Below, piece after piece: positions 15,814 to 30,319 of a DNA stretch of 64,000 nucleotides. This stretch comes from Neocallimastix sp. 'constans' (taxonomy: Eukaryota). The notes under the pieces were generated by a model that was not told the DNA's origin, searched no databases, and worked only from the letters and a program-made list of their open reading frames with translations. Positions within the stretch are counted from its first letter, which is position 1. The number at the start of each line of letters is the position of its first letter. Location: contig JBODTK010000123.1 in NCBI GenBank assembly GCA_050613775.1, positions 186,001 to 250,000 of the forward strand, written 5' to 3'. The position numbers and the translations under genes are program-made.

Positions 15814-15833
15814 TTATATGTGTATTTAATCAA

Positions 15834-15867
<34 letters not shown>

Positions 15868-16105
15868 AAAAGTTTAAAATAATATTAATACTATTAATAC
15901 TATTTTAATAATAATAATAATAATAATAATAATAGAAAATCATAATATATAAATATTTATTCCTTTTTTTTTTTTTTTCACTTTTATAAAAGTTGAAAAG
16001 TTTTACGTTATATATTTTATATATATATATACATTTGATAATTTCATACCCATTCCATTAAATAAATAAATAAATAAATATATAATGATTTTTTAAGGAT
16101 TTTAA

Positions 16106-16139
<34 letters not shown>

Positions 16140-17216
16140 TTCTTTTGTAATTCTTCAACTTCTTTAACCTTTTTTTTTTTTTTTTTTTTTTCATTTTAAT
16201 AGTTACCTATGAATAGATATCTATTAGATATTATGGTTAAGTTTTTTTTTTTTTTTTTAAAAAAAACAATTTTATATATGTAAATGATATAAAAAAATGA
16301 TAATAAATAAATAAATAAATATTATATATATAATATTTATATTTTTTTTTTTTTTTTAAATCTTTTTCAATATATTTAATATAACAATATATAATACATT
16401 TTTAATATTTTCATAATTAAACTTTTTTTTTTTTTTTTTTTTTTTTTATTTTATTTTATTTAAATTGAATTAAAATTTTAATTCCAAATATTTATGGACC
16501 ATTGAAACTTTTTTTTTCTCTTTTTTTTTTTATTTTTTTTTTATTTTATCTTGTTTTATTATTATTGTTATTAGTATTATTATTACTTTAAAATTTATTA
16601 TAATGTAAAAAAAAAAAAAAAAAAAAAAAAATTAAAATAAAAATATTAATGATTAGAATATAATTAAAAAAATGTAATAATGTAAAATTTTTTTTTTTTT
16701 AATTTTTTTTAATTTTTTAAAATTTTTACAATTTTTTTTTAAAATTTTTACATTTTTTTAAAGTTATATTAAAAAATTGATTTTTGTTTTTGTTTTTTAT
16801 TTTTTATTTATTATTAAAATTAATTATTATTATTATTATTATTATTATTATTTTTATTTCTTTCTTAAAATTTTATTAACATTAATTTTAATTTTTATTT
16901 TTATTTGGTATCCTCTAATAAAAAAAAATTCATTTAAAAATTATATATTAAATATTAAATAATAATAAAAAATATACTGTGCTAATTATTTATTTATATT
17001 TTTAATAAAAATAATAACTCAGTACAGTTATAGTAATGATAACACAGTAATAACAATATCCATTATAATAATTAAATAAAATAAATTAAAAAATAAAATA
17101 AAATAAAATAAAATAAAATAAAACAAAATAAATGGATATTTTTATGTAAATATTAATTTATCAAAAATATATACCATTCATTAATAAATCACAAATTAAA
17201 TAAATATAATAAATTA

Positions 17217-18635
17217 ATGGTGTTAAGGATGGAGGAAGAGGAAGATTTCCTCATTTCAATAAATGAGAATAAAAGTATTGAAGAAGAAAGAGGAGAAGAA
17301 AAAGAAGAAATAGAAGAAATAAAAGAAAGAGAAGAAGAAGAAAAAGTAAGAATAGTAGATGAAGAGGAAAATGAAGAAAATGAAAAAAGTAATAATAATA
17401 GAGAAAAAAATAGTAGTAGAAATAGATATAGAAATAGAAATAAAGATAGAGAAATAGAGATAGATAGTTATAAAGAGATAGATTATAATAATAATAGTGA
17501 AAATGAAAATATAAATATAAATATAGATAAGAATAAGAATAAGAATATAAATAGAGATATAAATAGAAATACGAATAAAAAAGGGTCACCATTAAAAAGA
17601 TATCAATCCCAAAAATTTATTATTTTAATTCTTTCCCTACTACTTTGCATCTGTTTAATCTATTTTATGATTGATCGAACGCTTTTCCATCATACCTCTG
17701 AATTAACCTATGCTACTCATGATAAATTTATCATGACAACCAGCAGTAGTAACAATAATGATAGTAATAATCATAGTCATATTCATAGTCATAATGAGGA
17801 TTTTATAGAGAGTGAGGAACTTCCAGAAGGATTTATGTATCTTCGTAAAAGTTATCCTAAGGGACCGATAACACTGGATCGAACAAGAGATGATGGATCC
17901 AAACTTAATCTTTATTCGATAATGAAGAAGACGATGGCCACAACGACCACAACCAACACTTCATCTGAAAATCCAGAGAATGATGAAGAATATGATGATG
18001 ATAATGAAGATAAAGATCGTGTCTATGAAAGCTTTAAAAAATTAGAAGAAATTTTACCAAGTCAATCGCAATATTTATGTGAATTAGATAGGGAGAAACC
18101 ACCAGAAGGTCAAAAAGGCTATATCTTGGAGTGTCCCAAGCATTATACCCTACTGATAGAAAAGGCATATTATGGACGATACGAAAATGATAAAATAAAT
18201 TGCGTTACAAATGAAACAAGTCCAGAAATGGAAATAAAAAAGGAAAAAGAAGGAGAAAAGGAATGGGAATGGGAAGAAGAAAATGAAGAAGAAGAAAAAG
18301 AAAAAGATTTATCTATGAATTTAATTCAATATTGTGGAATAGATAGCACATCAACGATGAAAGAACTTTGTGAAGGACAGAGAATGTGTGAAGTGAAGCC
18401 TTATTCCACATTTTTCATCAGTTTATGTTCAGTAAGAAATAAATATCTTCATGTGGAATATCATTGTATAAAAGATTTGGTAAATTTTAATAAAGTTAAA
18501 AAGGAAAAATATATATATAATTATTTTTATTTTTATAAATATATATATAATATGTTATTATTTATTATATATCATATATTAATATTATATAATACTATAT
18601 ATATTAATATTTTATTAATTAATATATGAAAAATC

Positions 18636-18677
<42 letters not shown>

Positions 18678-18991
18678 TTTTAACTTTTTATTTTTTTATA
18701 CTTTTTAGGAAATCAAAACTCCCCGAATCGCCATAGTGAACTTCGTTAACGAGATAGCGATGGAAAGGAACTCTATTTTTGAAAATTCGGTGAGTGAATT
18801 TTTCCAGTATTCGCAGATTCATGGGTATACATATCAGCTGTATCGAAAGAGATATAATACAGAGAGAGATATCTACTACATGAAGTTGAATTCGATGATT
18901 GAAAGTTTAATTCTTGGTTTAAAAGAAAAAACATATGACTGGATATTGTAAATGTCATTTATATATATATATATATATAATAACATAAAAA

Positions 18992-19032
<41 letters not shown>

Positions 19033-19066
19033 TATATTATATATTTAAATTCATAATCGTACTATT

Positions 19067-19106
<40 letters not shown>

Positions 19107-19889
19107 ATACATATAACATATATATATGTATATTGTATTATTTTTAATATTATTTACATATATATACACATATATATATATTTATTCATTTATTTGTTAA
19201 TTTATTTATACTGTTAATGACATGATTCCTATATATATTTTAATTATTAATGTTATTTAATTTTTAGTTGGGCAGATAGTGATACCATTATTGCTAATCC
19301 TAATATTAAATTGGAAACATTTTTACCGATAGGAGAAGATGGCTATGAAGAAGGTAATGATAATAAAGAAGATGGTAATGAAGAAGAAAAAGAAAAAGTA
19401 AAAGAAAAGCAAAAAGAGGAACCACGACAACATTCTAATTCAAATTCAATACATTTTATTGCATCAGATGATGAAAATGGATTAAATGCTGGGGTATACC
19501 TAATTCGAGTTCATCCCTGGTCACTTAATCTTTTAATGCGAGCGATGACCTATTCGTATTATCATGAGGAAGAGGCACTTCGATACTCAGATCAGAGCTC
19601 ACTCAGTCATATTTTAATGGAAAGTGGGGAAGAGGAACATTATGTGATAGTACCACAACACTGGTTTAACAGTTATCTTCATACTTATCATCGAGGAGAT
19701 TTTCTTATTCATTTTGCAGGAGAAGCCGATAAAGATTGGCGAGCCCGAGATATTCGTATGAAGTTAAGGCATCATATTTCGAGATATACCGCCAAAACCA
19801 GTAAAGAAATGAGAAAAGAAGTACTGGAGTATTATCGATTACCAAGGGAGGATCAACATCAAATAAGATATAAAGAGAAAAAAAAATAG
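17217..19889 (+). CDS. Type II membrane glycosyltransferase, GT34 (GMA12/MNN10-like), with a SUEL/galactose-binding lectin domain; exons 17217-18479, 18709-18947, 19268-19889
   Basis: GT-AG introns keep the frame and give ...YDWIFWADSDTIIANPNIKLETFLP..., GLNAGVYLIR, YSDQ, VPQHWFNSY and GDFLIHFAG (GT34 motifs). There is a TM helix (FIILILSLLLCICLIYFMI) and a SUEL-like Cys pattern CPKHY..IEKAYYGR...C...CEGQRMC...C...KYLHVEYHC. Confidence 0.85.
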
Positions 19890-20458
19890 ATATAAATAGA
19901 TAATAATAATATATTTATATATCAAGAAGTTTGACAAAAATATATATATATATATATATATAATTTATTTTTTTATTCATTTTTTTATACATTTATTTTT
20001 ATTTTTTTTTTCTTTAATTTTTCATTTTTATTTTTTTATTTTTTTATTTCATTTTATTTTATTTTATTCATTTTTTTCTATAATACCCTATCTTTTAAAA
20101 AAAAAAAAAATTTTTTTTTTTTGTTTCAATTTAAAATTTTATTAAATAACAATTATCATCATTATCATCATCCTGTGAAGTTTTTTTTATTTAATTTTAA
20201 ATTTAAATTCATTTACTTTTTTTTTTTTTTTTTTTATTTTATTTTTTCGTTTTATTGTAGTTTTTTAAATTTACATTTAGAATCAAGAATAAGAAGTTAA
20301 AATAAAAATAAAAATAATAATAAATAATAAATAATGAATAATAAATACTAAATAATAAATGAATAATAAAAGAAATATATATTTATCATTGAAAAAGTTA
20401 AAAAAAAAAAAAAAAAAAAACTTAGTAATCAATATCTCAATATCTCAATATCTCAATA

Positions 20459-20506
<48 letters not shown>

Positions 20507-21037
20507 TTAATATATATTTATACCTTTTTCTTTTTCTTATTTATTTTTAATAATATTTAAAATAAATTATTAGTATTACTATTATTCCCATCTTATAACT
20601 TATTAACTCAATAAAAATTCATCAGTTTTTTATATATATATATATATATTATATTTTATGCCTTATTTCATTAATTTCATTATTTTTTATTTATTTATTT
20701 ATTTATATTATTAAATGATTTATGTTTATATTTTTATTTTTTTTTATTATTTATATTTTTATATATATATATTATATTTTATGTTTTATGTCTTATTTTT
20801 ATTATCTTTTTATTTATTTATTTATTTATATATATTTTTGTTATTAAATGAATAATATTTATATTTATATTTATATTTTATTTTTATTTTTTATATTATA
20901 TATATATATTTTTATTTTTTTTTATTTTGAATAATTATTATTATTTATTAATTTTACAACTTTATATATTTTAATTAAATTAAAAGGATTATTTTTTTTA
21001 ACCTTTCGTATTAGATTTTTAATTAACGTTGTAAACG

Positions 21038-21089
<52 letters not shown>

Positions 21090-21373
21090 TTTAGTTTTTA
21101 TTCTAAGTTTTCTTTCTTTTGCTCTTTATAAATTTTTTCAATTTTATTTATTTGACTAATTTATATTTTTCTATATTTTATATATAGATATATATTTATA
21201 TAACTATATATAATTTGTGTAATAGGTATATTATAATAATATTATTATTCTCTATTTTTTTTCTTTTTTTTTTTTTTTTTTTTTTTTTGATTTATTTTTA
21301 AATAATGAAAATTATCTACACTTTATATAAATATATAAAAAAAGATAATTGCATTATTTTTTAATTTTAATTT

Positions 21374-21404
<31 letters not shown>

Positions 21405-21822
21405 TTTTCAGTTTTTATTTTTTATTTTTTTCTATTTTTTATATTTTTATTAATAATATTATTATTTTATTAATTAGGATATGATATAAGAGTAAAAATA
21501 ATAAAAATAAAAATTATTTAAATAACGATATTAAAAAGGTGTTTTTTTTTTTTTTTTTTTTTTTCTCTTTTTTTAATATTTTAGTTAATTATCTGATAAA
21601 ATGAAATAAATATTTATAAAGTAATCAAGAATATAAAAAAATAACATAATTTTTTTTTAATAAAAAAAATAATATATATTTTCTTTTTTACTTCATTTTT
21701 TTTTTTTAATGAATTAAAAATAACATATATGTATTTACATATATAAATTTCTTTTTCTTAATATCATTAAAATTTTTTCTTCTTTTTATTATTATTCTTT
21801 TTTCTTCTAATATTGAAATTTC

Positions 21823-23978
21823 TTAGTTCTTAAGAGAAGCAAATGCACCAATAGTACCTAAAATAGAAACTACTAAAGTGAAAGCAAATAATAAGTAGTG
21901 TAATGGTCTGTTCGCATCTGGGTACATTTTAAGGTAACTGAGAATTGGGAACATTAAACCGGTAACAGAGGTTAAGGCAGCACCAATAATACCAAGAACA
22001 GAGTGGAATTTTGGAATAAGAATAGAAGCAAGAAGAACTAAGGTAGCAAGAATAGTTCTTAAAGTAACAAAGAAAGCTCTAGTATCAGTATTAACTTTTT
22101 GGAATTTTGATTTAATAAATTCAGTGGATGCAACAGCAATTGGATCCATAACTAAAGCAAACTTGGTAATTGGAACAACAATAATAATCCATGAAATTAA
22201 AGTACCTAAAAAGTAAGTCTTACTGTTTAAGGTAGAATGGATATTTTGAACAATCTTTTATATATAATTTTATATATTATAATATATTATTATTAATATA
22301 TTAATTGCATTTATTAATATATAAATTAATATAATAATTATGATATTAATATTAATTATAATAATATTAAATAATAAATAATGTATTATAAATGATACTA
22401 CAAATACAATATGTTTTACTTTTTATTAGTATTTTATTAATAATTTATTAAAATATTGATATTTACTTGTGGAAGAGTTTGTTGACCGTACATTAATGCA
22501 CCTGAGAAACCAAACATGAGATAGAAGATAATAATCCAAGAGAAGGAAACATTTAAAACAGATTTGAAGTTCTTTCTCTTCTTTAAAGATAAGTAAATAC
22601 TTGGTAATACTATTTATAATATTTTTAAATTATTTTAAGAACAATTTTAATTTTTTTTAGAAATAAAAAAAAAATTAATAATTAATAATATAGTTACTTA
22701 AATCAATTTTTTTTATTCCATTATTATTATTATAAATTTATATCATAACTCTTATATTCTACTTTATAATGACAATTTATTTATTTTATAATTTATTTAT
22801 ATCTTATTTATTTATGTACCTGAATGACCAGAGTAACCCATTTCAAAGATACCTAAAATAGTACAGAAACCAAGGAAACTTTCTGGCCACATGTTAAGTT
22901 CTTGTCTTTCTAAAAGAGAACCTGGAGCATTTGGAGTAACCAAACCATTAAATACTAAGATGACGAATAAAGCAAACATAGATAATAAACCGATTAAAGA
23001 AACCCAAGATAAAGTAACTAACTTTTTAATCCAAGTTAAAGAGACACAACAACTGTAAGCAATTAAAAGGCATACATATGGTGGGATAGCTGGGAATACT
23101 AAATGAAGGGTATCCTTGACTAAAATAAGGTTAGCCATCATTGAGAAGAAAAGATCAAAGATAAAGAAGGTAGAAATGACAGTACAACCAGTTTTACCGA
23201 ATAATTTTAAACCCATAATAGCAAGAGAATTAATAGAGTTATCTTTTTGAATACATTTACCAATAAGTCTAGCAGTGTATTTAGCAGTAAAACCCAAAAC
23301 AATTAAGAAAAAGACAGAGGGAATAGCACCACCAATCTTTAAACAATATGGAATAGACATAATACCTAAACCAGCTATGAAAAAAAAATAAAAAATTAAA
23401 AATGAAGATTTCAACCATAATAGATTAAATTAATACATATTGAAAACAATATTAAAACAATTTTGATTTACTATTACTAATTGTAGTTATTATTATTATT
23501 ATGACAAAAAAATATATTTCAAATAAGAAAAAAATATTATATCACAATTTAATATATATTATATATACATATATAATTTATATATATAATATATTTTATA
23601 TTTTTTTCTACATTCTATAGATTATGTATATTTTACTTTAATACTCCATAGATTGTACTTTATATTCATACTTTTATCAATTATAATAATAATAATGATT
23701 TATTGATTTTTAAATATATTTATATGTATTTATATAATGGAATGAGAAATGTATTTTTTTATAATTTGCAAAAATAAAAAAATTAATTTACCTAAAAGGT
23801 TAATCATATTAAAAGAAGCTTGTGGAGCAGTACAACCTTCTGGATTTTCAATTTCATTTGAAATGGAAACATCGCCTTCATTTATCATTGAATAATTAAT
23901 GGAATCATAATTAATACCAATTGTGGTATTATCATTTTCATTATTTTCAATAAGTGGTTGTTGTTCTTCTTTAGACAT
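21823..23978 (-). CDS. Amino acid transporter (AAAP/Aa_trans family, AVT1-like vacuolar transporter); exons 23978-23792, 23374-22820, 22609-22467, 22254-21823
   Basis: The spliced frame reads CTAPQASFNMINLLAGLGIMSIPY...GYSGHSVLPSIYLSLK...GALMYGQQTLPQI...VPITKFALVMDP...GLMFPILSYLK. Multiple TM helices, canonical splice sites and an N-terminal acidic dileucine-like motif (EEQQPLI). Confidence 0.88.
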
Positions 23979-26316
23979 GTTGATTATTTTCTATATATTT
24001 AATTTTATTCTTGATTTATAAATATTATTCTTTTATAAGATTTAAATATCTTAATGTAATTTATATAATTATTATTTTTTAATTTTTATTAATACTCTTT
24101 TTGATTTTTGAATTTTATTTGTTCTTTATTTTATTTATTTTTTTATTATTATTAATATTATTATTTAATCAATAACCTTTTCTTTATTAAAGTATGATTA
24201 AATATAAATTATATATAAAAAATAGAATTAATTTTAATATAAAAAATAAAAATTTAAATTTAAAAAATTAAATTTTATTCTTTATATATATTTTTTCTAA
24301 TATTAATTAAATAAGAAAAGGTAACCTTTTTTTTTTTTTAAGAGATAATACTATTTATATATAATAAAATCCTTTCCTTATATAATTATATATTTTTATT
24401 TTTATTATTTTTTTTAGTTTTTTTATTTTATTTGTTATTTTTATAATATATATTTTGTGTAAGAAGAAGAAGAAGAAAAAAAGTATTTTTTTTGTTGTAT
24501 GTTTTTATTTTATTTTTTTTTTTTTATTTAATACATAATAAATACATAAAAAAATTTTTTTTCTTTTCTATAATTACCAATAATAAATATAAAAACTATA
24601 AACTTTAAATATTATAAAAATTAAATTTATATATAATATATATTTATTATATATATATTTTTATATTATTTAAAATACATCAAAATAAAACAAAAAAAAT
24701 TATTCATTTCATCTTTATTATTATAGAAATTAAATAAATGAATAAATAAATAAATAAATAGATAAATAAATAAATAAATATAATATATTGATTGTATATA
24801 TTAGAATATGCTTTAAGTAATAAATTATAATTTTTTTTTTTTTACTTCATTAAATTTTCATTAATAAATTTATTATTAATATAAATGATATATATAAATA
24901 ATATATTGGATATAGTTCGATTATAAAATTTCTTTTCTTTCCAAGAGAACATTATGAAATTGTATTATATAATATACATTATAAATTATTAATTATTTAT
25001 TATTATTAATTAACTATTATTTATTATTATTTATTATTAATATATATAATTAAATTAATTATTTAAATACTTTTTTTTTTTTTTTTTACAAACTCAAATA
25101 TACCTCTTCATTTTATTATTTTTTACTCTTTCATTCTTATTGTTAATATATTTCTAATTTTACCTTCTATTTTACTATTATGCTATATATAGAACATAAA
25201 ATTAAACCATTGTTTAATTTTTATCCTTTTATTATTTAGTACCATTCTCTTCACTTCAAATCCATTTAATATTATTCCAATGGTTTTTATATTTATTTTT
25301 AAATTTTTTTTTATTTTTTATTATTTTATTTTATTTTTATTTTTATTTCATTATTTAACATATAATATTTAATATTTAATATTTATAATTATTTTTTTAT
25401 TATTTATTATTTATTATTTATTAATTATAATTAATTATTTATTATTTATTATTAATTAATTATAATTAATATAATTAAAATTAAAATTGAAACTATTTAT
25501 TATTTAATTATTTATTATTTCATTATTTATTTATTATTTTATTATTTTATTATTTATTATTCATTATTCAATTATTATTTATTATTTATTTATTATTCAA
25601 TTATTTATTATTCAATTATTTATTATTCAATTATTTATTATTCAATTATTTATTTATTTATTTAAATACTTAAATATTGACCAAAAAAAAATTTTTTTTT
25701 ATATTAGAGATGAATTAATAATAAAGATTTCCACCAATCATCACGAAATATTTGGAGTGGTTTAACATTGAACAAATAATTAAATTTATAATTAATAATT
25801 TCATTTCTAAAATAAAAAAAAAAAAAGGAAAAAATAAAAAAGGAGAGGAGAGGAGAAGAGAAGAAAGGAAAAGAAAAAGAAAAAAAATTAACTATTCATA
25901 ATTAATAATTTATATAAGCTTAAAAATAACATAATAATAAAAAAAAAAACTATTCATTATGAATAATTCATTGTAAAAAATGAAATAAAATAAAGACATT
26001 AATAGATTTTACAAAAAAAAATAGAATATAGTAAAAAATTATATAAAATAAAATAAAAATGAAGAAGAAGAAGAAAAAGATTAAAAACAAAAAAAAAATA
26101 TTGAATTTATTTATAATTATAAATTATTATTAATTAGAAAATCTTTTTTTTTTTTTTTTTCTGAAAATAAAATCATTTTTTGAATTAAGTATTAAAAAAT
26201 GAAATAAAAAAATTCTTTTTCATATGTTCATTTTGAAATATTCGAAGGATTGATTTGATTTTTATATTTAATATTTTTATTTATTATTTATAAATATTTA
26301 TATGTATATATAAAAT

Positions 26317-26420
26317 TTATATTTCAATTTTTAATATTTAAATTTATAAAAGATTTATATTTCAATTTTTAATATTTAAATTTATAAAAGATTTATATTT
26401 CAATTTTTAATATTTAAATT
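26317..26420. repeat. Tandem repeat of a ~36-bp unit (about 3 copies)
   Basis: The unit 'ttatatttcaatttttaatatttaaatttataaaagat' is repeated. Confidence 0.7.
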
Positions 26421-27367
26421 CTAAGATTTATTAATCTCTAATTATATAATGTATATAATGTATTATATTTTGTAGAATATATACATAATATACAATATAT
26501 ATATATAAATTGATAGATTTATATTTATATTATATATTTATATTATGTAGTTATGTATATTTATATTTAATTATAATATATATCTCTATATTATGCATAT
26601 CTATTGTATCTGTTTATGAAAATTTTTTATATAGTTATATTTATTTATGATATATCTATATTTAAAATTTAAAAAAAATTAAATTAAATTAAATTAAAAA
26701 AATTAAAGTTTTTATTTTTTGTTAATCCTTAACAAATTAAAAAAAGTTTGGTTACTGATTTAATTTAAAAATAAATCTTTTGGTTAATCAACCACTAATT
26801 AAATTTAATTATTTAAATAGATTACGGAAAAATTAATTAAAATAAAAAAACTTTAAAAATGTAAAAAAAATTTTAAAAAATAAAAATGATCAATGAAAAA
26901 TGATCAATGAAAATAAAAAAGGAATATGTTTAAATAAATAATAAATAATATTTAAATAATAAATAATAATATTTAATAATAATAATAAATAAATAATGAT
27001 TATAATAATAAATAAATAGATAATAAATAAAATAATAAATAAATTAATAAATATTAAATAATTAAATAATAAATAAATAAATAAATAGATAATAAAATTA
27101 TTGGTTAAGCTATTAATTAAAAGAAATAATGAATGGATGAATGAGTGAATAAATATTTATAATTATTAATGATTTTTTTAATTCCACAGGTTTATTTTTA
27201 TTTAATTAATTAACTATTCATTTATTTAAATAATAATAAATTAGCAATAAAAAAAAATAATAATATAAATAGATATAAATAACAAATAACAAATAAAGAT
27301 AATAAAAGTAATTTTTTTTTTTTTAATTTTTTTTTAATTTTTAAAGTTTTAAGATGAAGACTTTAAA

Positions 27368-27401
<34 letters not shown>

Positions 27402-27637
27402 TGCCACTAAATTAAAGGAAGTAAGATTACATCAAATTTAAATAAATTGATTTGAAAAGAAGAAAAAATTTAATTTTTTTTTTTTTTTGGTCAACCTATA
27501 AAATTTTAAATTTTGGAAAAATTATCTATTTTTTTTTTTTTTTTATATTTTTAATTATTTAATATTTAATATTTAATATTTAATATTTATTATTCAATTA
27601 TTATTATTAAATATTATTATTAAATATTAATGTTAAA

Positions 27638-27674
<37 letters not shown>

Positions 27675-28276
27675 TAATAATAATATTATTTAATATTATT
27701 ATTACTAAAGTATAAATTTATGTTTTAGATGTATAAATTTATGTTAATAATATATTTAATATTTTGTGTAACTTGTCTATATGTAATATATGTTTCACGT
27801 GATATACATTCTGATATGCGGGACTTTTATGTGCAATAATTTATAAGCAGTGGGTTTTAAATAATGGTAGTTTAGTAAATTTTATTAATAATATTATAAT
27901 ATTCGTACAATTAAAATAATAATTCTAATTCCTAAAAATTTACAAGAGAGTCCTAATATAAATAATCTAATCTATTTATAAGAAATAGGTAATATATTAA
28001 TTATATATTCTAATATATAGAACTATATAAATTTTATATGAATTAAAGTATTATAATTATTATAATTATAATAATACATATTGAAATAAAATAAAATAAA
28101 ATAATTATTATCAAAAAGATATAAATTAAATATTTAATAATTAATATTAAATATACAAATATGTTACTACACATATTTGTTTTATATCAGAAATGCCCTT
28201 GCTAAAAATTAAACTATATATTTTTTTATAAAAGAAAATATAAGGTTTAATTAATATAAATAATAATTTTAAAATT

Positions 28277-29701
28277 TTATTTTCTTTTATATTTATAATT
28301 CCTATTTGTTCGTTTTGTATCAATGCGATTGTTGCTATAAATAATAATATTTTTTAACATAATCTCAGGTTTGGGCATCAAAATTTTATTAATATTTATT
28401 TTATTTTTATTGTTATTTTGAATACGAATATTTGGAATTTTAATTATCTTTTTAATTTTATTAATTTTTATTTTCTTATCACTATCTACATTTATAATAT
28501 TACTAAAATCAATCGGTGAATTATTATTATTAATTTTTCTTTCTTTCATATTAGTAATATTATTAACTGAATAATTTTTTTTTATAAATTGTCCATTTTT
28601 ATTAGCATTTGAAGTAATTTGAATATTATCTACTTTTGAATTGTTACTATCAATAATATATATTTCTGTAATCAAACCAGAAGTTAGAGATTTATTAATT
28701 CTATTGATAATGCTATCAACTTTAACAGATTCATTGATATTTATTTCTTCTTTTACAATTGTATGACTATTTATTTTATTTCTTATATTTTCAGAATTAT
28801 TAATAATATTTTTATATTTACTATTTGAATTAATATTTTCCTTATTATTTATTATTACGATACTATTAATCTCAATACTATTATTTTGATTTTTCTTAAT
28901 ATTGGCACTACCTTTAATATTATTTTTATTTTTTTCTTTAGTAATTATAATATTATTGTTTGTTTTACATTTGCTATTACTATTATTTACTAATTTATTA
29001 TTTTCTCTGAAATTATCCAATTTTAACGCGTTTAATTTATTTAGTTTCGTGTTTATTATGTCATCAACATCGTCATTTTTAGTATTATTAATTTTATTAC
29101 TATTATTGTTATTATTATTATAAATGTTATTATTATTATAAATGTTATTATTATTATAAATGTTATTATTATTATTAGTATTATTTTCTTCATTTTTATT
29201 GATTCTTTTATTTAAAACAGATAATTTTTCAAGTTCAGCTACCACTCTAAATTCAGAAGTTCCTTGTTTCAAAAGAATTAAATTGTCGCTTGGGTCAATA
29301 ATAATTCCTAATTCTCTTTGTGTTTTAAAATTCAAACTAATATCATAAAATGGATTTTCTTTCTCAACTACTCTGAATATTACATTTTTTTGAACACCAC
29401 CAATAGTTAAATTTAAAATTGTAAGTTTAGTTATTCCAGTAATACTTGAGTCATCAATACAATGATTAAGAATATATTTTTCCAGAAAACTACGATTTAC
29501 CAAATTATTTTCACCGTATCCTTTTAAAATACACCTAGCTTCCTTATTATCAACAAGAGCTAATATTCCCATTGATTCACCATCTACAAACTCATCTAAT
29601 TCATCCACGTCATCACTAACTCCAGTTCCAAATCTACCTTTTTGAATTAGCAATTTTAACAATTGTAATTTTTCTGTTAGGTTATCTTGATTAATATCCA
29701 T
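28277..29701 (-). CDS. Retroelement ORF: degenerate retropepsin-like domain followed by an Asn-rich low-complexity tail
   Basis: ILALVDNKEARCILKGYGENNLVNRSFL...FRVVE...YDISLNFKTQRELGIIID follows the Gypsy aspartic protease pattern, but the catalytic D(T/S)G is missing. Confidence 0.6.
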   Translation of the reverse strand: MDINQDNLTEKLQLLKLLIQKGRFGTGVSDDVDELDEFVDGESMGILALVDNKEARCILKGYGENNLVNRSFLEKYILNHCIDDSSITGITKLTILNLTIGGVQKNVIFRVVEKENPFYDISLNFKTQRELGIIIDPSDNLILLKQGTSEFRVVAELEKLSVLNKRINKNEENNTNNNNNIYNNNNIYNNNNIYNNNNNNSNKINNTKNDDVDDIINTKLNKLNALKLDNFRENNKLVNNSNSKCKTNNNIIITKEKNKNNIKGSANIKKNQNNSIEINSIVIINNKENINSNSKYKNIINNSENIRNKINSHTIVKEEININESVKVDSIINRINKSLTSGLITEIYIIDSNNSKVDNIQITSNANKNGQFIKKNYSVNNITNMKERKINNNNSPIDFSNIINVDSDKKIKINKIKKIIKIPNIRIQNNNKNKININKILMPKPEIMLKNIIIYSNNRIDTKRTNRNYKYKRK

Positions 29702-30300
29702 TTTATTTCTATATCTATTTTTAAAATGTACTATTATTAAATATACTACTATTAAAATAAATAATATTTTTATCTTATTATACTTATATCTATTGTAATT
29801 TTATTCCAAAATGTTAACACTTTTAAACTACACTATTTATATCTTCCTACTCTTATTTTAATTAAAATAATATTCCTATTATAGATTTTATTTAAATTAT
29901 TCACTTAAATGCTAATTAAAATAACGATATTTTTACTATTTCACTATCTCTAATTAATATTATTATCCTACTTAAACTATCTTAACTTTTAACACTAACA
30001 CTATATTAATAAATTATTAATATATATATATATTTATTAGATTTTCCAATATTTATTTATTTTAAAATAATTTAATTAAATTATACTAAAATGAATGAAA
30101 TAACATATATTGTATAACTTTCTCTTCACCAAAGATAAAATAACTATAAATAACCAATAAAAAAAATTAAAAATCTATATCCTAAACATATATATATATT
30201 AATCCTAACTAAAGAGAATTTATGTAAATATATACGGATTTATAATTAATTAACAAAATTACTAAACACCACTACTTATAAATTATTTTTTACACAGCAC

Positions 30301-30319
30301 ATCCCCGATATCTCCACCA
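30301..30319 (-). promoter_or_regulatory. Primer-binding site, probably for tRNA-Ala
   Basis: The minus strand reads TGGTGGAGATATCGGGGAT 5 nt downstream of the 5' LTR. The plus strand ATCCCCGATATCTCCACCA resembles the 3' end of eukaryotic tRNA-Ala (...TCTCCACCA). Confidence 0.75.

Noticed and set aside
14565..20550. Short F/Y/L-rich ORFs (14565, 15212, 16777, 17251, 18773, 20359)
   Set aside because: Antisense or alternative frames of real genes, or low-complexity AT tracts.
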